A DNA stretch of 64,000 bases, from assembly GCA_009914755.4 (NCBI GenBank), contig CP068257.2, positions 12,640,001 through 12,704,000 on the forward strand. Reading direction: 5' to 3'. The notes beneath the pieces are model-generated. The model worked only from the letters and a program-made list of their open reading frames with translations, was not told the origin of the DNA and did no database searches. Positions 56,411-64,000 of the stretch are shown piece by piece. A program made the translations under genes and the position numbers. Origin of the DNA: the human T2T-CHM13v2.0 reference genome, Homo sapiens. Positions within the stretch are counted from its first letter, which is position 1. The number at the start of each line of letters is the position of its first letter.

Positions 56411-57769
56411 GTAAGTAATAATGACTTTTGTGGTATATGGTATGTTTATAATCCAATTAATTAAACACTCTTCTTCTTTGCTTGTCTGAATTATATATTA
56501 TATTAACTAAGTAATGAGAGACAAATCTGGATTGCCCTGGAGGCTCATTTCCTTCTCTATCTTGTTAGTAGCAGGAAGCTAGCTCAGCAATTCTAAGTTA
56601 ACTTATAGGAAGAATAGGCTAATACTCAAGGCTGAGTGCTGAAAGACCAGGAAACTCCTGCTATTCTGTAGTTACTCAGAAGTTTCCTGCTTTTCTGTCC
56701 TGGTGGATTTATAGAGTGTTACAAGGGTAGGGTCCCTCTCCAACACAGCTGGTGTATCTCATTTGCTCAGCCTAAGCAAGAAGATAATTCTCTAGGGAGA
56801 ATATATTTGCTGTTTCTCTTCGGCTTGTAAGTTTTTCCCTAATAAACCCTATTTGATATTACACTGCAATGCACTAGTGGTAGGATGCATGCCCCCTTTG
56901 TAAAATAGCAAATGCCCTAAACTGCTTCCACATTATGTAGAAGATAAGTCTAGGTGATTGTGTTATATACTCTTGGTCCCATATCCAAAAACCTTGAGCC
57001 AGTTGCATTTCAGAATTCAGAATTTAGGCTTCTAGAAAGGAAATATGTACATAGCCATATCCAGGGCCTGGTTCAGAAGCCCATAATCAAACACTACTGC
57101 ATGTACACCCTAACTGGATTAAGTAAATGCTTTGAAGAGCCCCATATCACTTCAAGTCAGGTGGTCTATCAAATGAGTTGGCACCAAACTCAAGAAAAAA
57201 ATTGCATTGTACAAGTTTTTTGACTTTTAGAATTCTGTTCAAAGTTACACCCTTAGAGAATCTACATTTGGGAATAGAGTGAGAAGAAAATATAGTTTTT
57301 TTTTTTAATAGGGGAGCAGGAATAGTTAGAAAGCTAGGAGAATCTTCCTTCTGATGGAAGGTAGTGAAGAATGCCAAAGTGTTTGCACACTATTTTTTTT
57401 CTCATTTAGGATGCACATTTTTTTGAGGCATATCCCATCAATCTTGGTATTCATCATTCCTTATACCCACTATGCACTTCTTGCATATATGCTGAATTAT
57501 GGTCTATCTTATCCCAAGTAATTCCATTATTTATGATATTAATGAGTTTGTATCCTTAAACACAAATATGCATATGAAGAAATATGCTTATTTCTAGAGC
57601 TGCTAAATAATAATCAAAAGATATAAAGTATATGAGACAGTATGTGACGAGCTCTCAGCAGATTCAAGAAATGAAAAGTGAAACTCTATAAAAAATAAAG
57701 TATTATTTATATTACATAAAAAACTAAAGAACATCCATTAAGCTCTTGTTTCCTCCCCCATACCCCCCA

Positions 57770-57871
57770 GATAACTCATTCTCTGAATTTTTGGGTGAAG
57801 AAAGCATGTGAAATTGAAACCAATGCAGTTGCTGTTGAAAGAGTTTGTGAATATGAAAATATGGATAAAGA
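57770..57871 (+). CDS. ABCC13: ABCC exon. Translation: ITHSLNFWVKKACEIETNAVAVERVCEYENMDKE.
   Basis: Acceptor is cataccccccAG|ata. Donor is GAA|gtaagc. The translation matches ABCC2 [34 protein letters not shown]. Confidence 0.85.
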
Positions 57872-57872
57872 A

Positions 57873-57985
57873 GTAAGCACGCCTCCTGTAATCCCAGTAC
57901 TTTGGGAGTCATGGGAGGATCACTTAAGTTCAAGAGTTCAAGACCAGCCTGGTCAACATAGTGAGATTCTGTCTCTACAAAAATA

Positions 57986-58064
<79 letters not shown>

Positions 58065-58222
58065 CTGGGTATGGTGGCTTATGCCTTTAGTTCAAGCTAC
58101 TTGGGAGGGTGAAGTAGGAGAATCCCTTCTGCTTGGGAGTTCAAGGTTGCAGTGAGCTATGATCACGCCACTGCACTCTAGCTTGAGTGATAGAGCAAGA
58201 TCCTGTCTAATAAAAAAAAAAG
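57873..58222 (+). mobile_element. Alu, 5'-truncated by about 20 bp, with (GAAA)~20 expanded in the mid A-rich linker at 57985-58064. It begins 5 nt after the exon donor at 57872.
   Basis: gcacgcctcctgtaatcccagtactttgggagtcatgggaggatcacttaagttcaagagttcaagaccagcctggtcaacatagtgagattctgtctctacaaaaat, then (aaag)n, then gctgggtatggtggcttatgcctttagttcaagctacttgggagggtgaagtaggagaatccc...cactgcactctagcttgagtgatagagcaagatcctgtct. Confidence 0.85.
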
Positions 58223-60472
58223 TATGAGAAAAAAAAAGAGGTAAGCACTCCTAAATAATCAATAAATGGATTGGATGCAGGAGTAAGACATTGTAATGTA
58301 CCATAAATTGACATTAAAAAAAATGTTAAGCAAACCTGCATTTCCAAATTCATATGATATTCAGTGTTTCAATGAAATTAAAACCAAAATTGCTACAAAG
58401 TGGCCTATTATTTTATATATCATTAAAATAGAAATAAAAATACTTCTAATTAAATTAGGATACACCCTAAATTATAAGATATATCCCTACTTCAATGAGT
58501 TATAAAAATGCAAGATGTTATCTTGTTTCTAAAAGGCGCAGTGATTTGTCCTCTACTGATGTATAGAGTAAAAAATTCAACTTGCAATTATAACTTTGTG
58601 GGGATTTTACAGTGATAAAAGTGTCTTAATATAGTCAACTCATAATTATTTAGATTCTGCACAATTCTAAATTAATTACATTTTATTGCTTGTACCTTTT
58701 GTTCTATTTACTCATCATTAGTATCTCTGTGAATGGGAAGGGAGAGGAGAATAAATCAGTCTGTTTTGTTCCCTCTAACTGTAATTTGGGAGGGTGAAGA
58801 GTTATTTCAACTATTGACAGAGTATAATATTTAAGTTTCTAAAATATTTTACTCATCTGGATTACTTCTGCTTCCAATTCTATTAATTAACAGGGCAGAT
58901 AACAAAGATGACTTGAATTTCTGTTCCTTCTTCAATCCACCTAGGAAGCTATCTTTCTTTTTTATCTTGTAACTCTTCCTCTTTTGCTCATGAATCTGAG
59001 GAACAGGTACCTCCTCCAAAGAAAAATCTAACATTTCCCATTGCATCTTTGGTAATATTTCTTCCTGTCTTCTCTCAGATCTTACTCCATTAACCACCTC
59101 TTCTAATTCGCACTCCCTTGCAGTTCCTCTCAGCCTGTAACTAAGCCAAAATATTTTCTACATTCTCCAACTCCTACCTGAACTTTGAATTTTCCTCTGG
59201 ATTTTTCCCCAGGTCTTGTCTTTCCTTCTCAAAGAAATTTCATGAAAGATTAGTCTACCTTCACAATCTTCAGTTACCAATATTCAACTTGTTCAGTCTG
59301 TCATCTCATGGCTAATATCAAATATTATTTTTCTATATTTTCTAAATTTTTTATCATAAAATATATTTCTTTCACATTAGAAAAAGATGATAAAAATATG
59401 TGTGTACACACATTTAAACAAACAAAAATCTTTGTGTACTTTGACGCAAGTTGTGACAAATACTGCTACAAAAACTCTTGATGTGGAAGGATAAATGTGT
59501 TCAAATAACCTTATTCAGCCCTCTACACCTGTTTCTCTGCTTTCCATTACAGAAAAATTCTTTTGCAAAGTTGCCTGTACTTGCTTTTCTATTTCATTTT
59601 CTCTGATTCATTTCTGGACGCTCGCCAAATAGGCTTTTGATCCCACTATTGCACTGAAACTTGACTCATGAAAATCACAGCAGGTTCTTTCTCAGTCCTC
59701 ACTTTACCTGATCTATCATTTGATGTTAGCCGTCACTCTCTTTCCCATGAAACACTTTACCTCACTGCCCAGGCATCACACATTCTTGTGTGTTCTTTTA
59801 CCTCGTGCTTCCTCCAGTATTCACACAGGCCCCTGTCTTAGGTCTTGGGCACAACTAATTAGATCCAATTAGTCATTAAACCCTTTGCCTAGAATGTTCT
59901 TCCATTGGTATCCACCTAGCATTTTCTCTGACCACAGTCAGCAAAGCCTTTCCTAACTACCCTTCTTTAAATGACACCTCCTCCTTTTCCCAACCCTGGC
60001 TGTTTCTTGTCTTACAAAGCTTTATTATCATCCAGCATGGCTGCATATGTTATATGGTTCTTTTTGTCTGTCCCCACTACACCCCACAAGGGAAATAATT
60101 TTTATCTGTTTTTCTCACTGCGGAACCTCCAGCGACTAAAATAGTGACTGACACAGCAAACCTTTGAGGAATGAATGAATGACAAGCTGTCCTTATCTCA
60201 GCTAAAATTTCAAGTTATTTTTTCTTAATAACTTGATAAGAGATGAGAAGTCTTGCTACCTCAAAATATTTATTTCTAATATTTTCTTATAACTAGATAA
60301 GTTTCAGGTTGGTAACATTTAAAACTATTTTCAGAAAATCATAATATCCACAAATGTCTTTCATCATTTATATTCACTTTTGTTACCTGCATAAGAATTA
60401 TTTTGGGGGTAGGGATTTTTTAATTATAATTGTTGTTTAAAGTATTTATTTTTTGTTTGTTTTTGTTTTAAG

Positions 60473-60616
60473 TCACCTTGGATAATGTCTAGAAGACCTC
60501 CATTACAATGGCCCAATAAAGGTATAGTGGAATTTATTAATTATCAGGCTCGATACCAAGATGATCTTGGTTTAGCGTTGCAAGATATCACTTTCCAGAC
60601 TCATGGGGAAGAGAAG
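60473..60616 (+). CDS. ABCC13: ABCC exon at the start of NBD2. Translation: SPWIMSRRPPLQWPNKGIVEFINYQARYQDDLGLALQDITFQTHGEEK.
   Basis: Acceptor is tttgttttAAG|tca. Donor is AAG|gtatca. The translation matches ABCC2 [48 protein letters not shown]. Confidence 0.85.
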
Positions 60617-61891
60617 GTATCATATATATTTCATATGTTTGGTTTCCCTTTTATCTGAATGCATTCATTGTTGAGTATAATATGATATTGAATATAAGGT
60701 GGTCTTTTGTTACACAAAAGTAATAAAGACATGTGGTTGGTGTGTACTGAATAAGTTTTCCCTCTATAAAAAATACATTTCTTAATTAAATTGCTCATAT
60801 ACTACTGTGAAACATAACTTTGGTGTACTTAGTTTTTACTTCCTCTATAAAATGAATTGCAACAATAAGTAAATCGTTACCCCAAACACAATAAATCCAT
60901 ATGTTTGACTATTTGTATACTCAAAGACATCATGTTTTCCAAAACCGTTAAAAAGATGGGAAAATGCTTGAAATGCACTTTAGTTAACACAAGCAACTTA
61001 CAAAACTGTCGATAGTATATGATATTAGTTTTATGTTTTAAAAAGCAAACAGAGACATTAGCAAAAATATTTTTGGAGCAGAAATATTTTTGGAACAGAC
61101 AAATCATTCTGAAATTTTCATTACCCCAATGAATTAAACAGATTTCTGTTTTTTCTGATGCATTTTGTTAGACTTAAGATTTTATATTAGGGTAAACCAA
61201 CCACTTTAATATTCTATCTGCCTAACATTCCTATTAATACCAAGACACAAATCAGCAACCAGAAGATATTGCTCTTTAGTTCTCATGGTCATAGGGAAAT
61301 GTTTAATCACTGGGATGTTTAGGACAAAATGATTATTTTGGCCAGGAGTCAAAATCCTTAAACACTATTTTTGGCTGCCCATAATAGTTTTAATGCAGAG
61401 TTCCTTTGATATACTAGGGAAATTTACAGATATTCCTTTGGATTTTCTAGTCTATCTGGCAAAAGATTCCAGTGCCCTATTTGTTTCTTTGCTTGTTTCA
61501 ATGAAGGGAAGACAGAGAAAATCTGTTTTCTGAAAATCTCAATAAAACCATTCATTATCATTGCTTCTTTTGCCCTAAACTTTAATGGGTAGTTCAGGGG
61601 TGGTTCAGGAATGATCTGTTTTTCCTGGGTCTGCTGGGGATCTTTGGTGAGGAAGCAACTAAATTACTCAGAGCTAAAGGAAAAACACAGATTAGTCAGA
61701 GCCTTTCCAGCAAGTAAAGAGTATTTGGATAAAGACTGGTCCTTAGAAGTCACCTGACATCTTCCACGCCCATCAAGGTTAGTCTTGCTGACAAAATTGG
61801 ATCCCACTGACCTGACACCTAATACATTTGTTGCCAGTGCAAAGGCCTTGTTTCCTTACAAAAAGTAGAGTTTGTGATTATTTCATTACAG

Positions 61892-62051
61892 ATTGGAATT
61901 GTGGGCAGGACTGGAGCAGGCAAATCCACACTATCAAATTGCTTATTTAGAAGTTGTGGAGAGAGCAGGAGGCGAAATTATTATTGACGGAATTGATGTA
62001 TCAACTATTGGACTTCATGACCTTCATGGCAAACTTAATATTATTCCACAG
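61892..62051 (+). CDS. ABCC13: ABCC exon carrying the NBD2 Walker A. Translation: [20 protein letters not shown] / [+1 frameshift at about 61953] / (IVERAGG)[26 protein letters not shown].
   Basis: Acceptor is tttcattacAG|att. Donor is CAG|gtaaag. The translation matches ABCC2 [53 protein letters not shown]. One extra G in agaaGttgtggag shifts the frame, and the as-read frame hits TGA after [12 protein letters not shown]. Confidence 0.8.
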
Positions 62052-62560
62052 GTAAAGCCTATGTTGCCATAGGCTTTCTTAACCCACTCCAAGTAAATCT
62101 GTTGTCTTTCTTTTTAAAAATCTGTTCCTTCCAAGTCTATAAATTCATTGTTTGAAGCCATATCATTTTAAATGGAATATATGAAAAACTGCTATGTAAT
62201 TGAATCCTCTTTAAACACCCTTATCATAAAGCATTCTTCCTAAGAGCATTTATCTATTTGAAAAACCAGTTCATCTTTTTGATAAAATTTCCTTCATAAT
62301 AGTAAGTGCAAATAAAATTCAAATAAATAGATCAGACTGAAACACATTGATTTTTTTTGAAGAAAATATTACTGAAGTTTTTGCTTAGTTGTTAGAGTGT
62401 AGAATTTTGACTCTTTTTCACTTGAAGTTTAGAAACATTAAAAAAAGAACAGTAATTCAGTTAGTTCTCTTTTCTCAAGTCCTTTGATTTTTCCATCTGT
62501 GGAATCAAAGGAACTTGATCATTAAGGGGCATGCAAACTAGCTTAAAAATATGCCTCTTA

Positions 62561-62881
<321 letters not shown>

Positions 62882-63528
62882 ATCATTGTACTGTCTTCTA
62901 AAAATCTATTAAAATACTCATTTTAATATATTAAAATGTCATATTGTTTAGACGTATACTTGTATTCATGCATTTACTTCAAAACAAATTTGAGTAAAAT
63001 CTGGAATTCTGGAAGGGAAAAAAATTAGTGGAAAAAAAGAGACATCAGTTGTTCCTCTCTTATAGATAGAGTAAAATATAGTGTCACTAGGCATCTTGGT
63101 GTAGCATAAAGAAAATGAACTCAATCCTCTTCGAATTCTCTTCAACCACTAACTTACCTTCGTGTGGTGTAGACAAGAACTCTTTGGAACCTCCAGCTCA
63201 CTTTCTGTAAAATAAGAATACTAACTTCTATCTTTCTGAGTTGGTATACTGATTGATAATATATACATACTATATTTCATATTTATTATATGTTATATTA
63301 TATCCTTGACTACACGGCAGTAATTGTCATCATTATTTCAGTACTCATTATTATTTTCAATAATAGGAAGAGGAGAAAGAAAATCAGGAGACTTATGATG
63401 ACAATATGAATTTTAGTTTATTCTGACTCTCTTCTGTTTTTGTTGTAAATATAAAATGAATTTGATGACTGTATTAGGTCTGATAATTTTGCTTTCTCCT
63501 GCTTTGTTTTCTGAGTCTGATTTTTTAA

Positions 63529-63897
<369 letters not shown>

Positions 63898-64000
63898 TAA
63901 ATTGGTAGCTCTAGGCTGGGAAACCACTGACTAAGAGAAAGGAAAGAAAAAAAAAGAGCAATGCCCTATGAAAAGTCACTATTTAATTGAATCTTCTTTT

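Overview
This window is primate (human-type) nuclear genomic DNA rather than a prokaryotic locus. I found no operons, CRISPR arrays, tRNA genes or rRNA genes. The window contains 13 Alu elements, several L1 fragments, a MaLR LTR and a Tigger-type DNA-transposon end.

The dominant feature is a plus-strand, multi-exon ABCC (MRP) family ABC-transporter gene. Its exons are closest to ABCC2 and ABCC1 but clearly diverged from both. I identify it from memory as the ABCC13 pseudogene locus on chromosome 21, with moderate confidence.

Using conceptual translation and GT-AG boundaries I reconstructed 18 exons with phase-consistent, ABCC1/2-like translations, plus two weaker candidate linker exons (20 in all). 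Together they run from the last MSD1 helices through a complete NBD1, a short linker and MSD2, into the NBD2 Walker A exon.

NBD1 looks intact. Its Walker A is GQVGSGKSS, its ABC signature is [14 protein letters not shown] and its Walker B is DVYLLDDP.

Four lesions would inactivate the gene:
- An 11-bp deletion causes a frameshift in the first exon of the window, at about 2237-2241.
- The NBD1 Walker A exon has lost its canonical donor (CT where GT is expected, 11829-11830).
- A 1-bp insertion causes a frameshift inside the NBD2 Walker A exon, at about 61953.
- The last exon in the window has lost the conserved acceptor AG and carries a frameshift before the conserved [11 protein letters not shown] segment.

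The supplied ORF track misses one 66-bp exon and one 67-bp exon, and it mislocates one acceptor. All of these were recoverable by homology.

Introns carry a 5.4-kb sense-oriented decayed L1 and an Alu inserted 5 bp from an exon donor.
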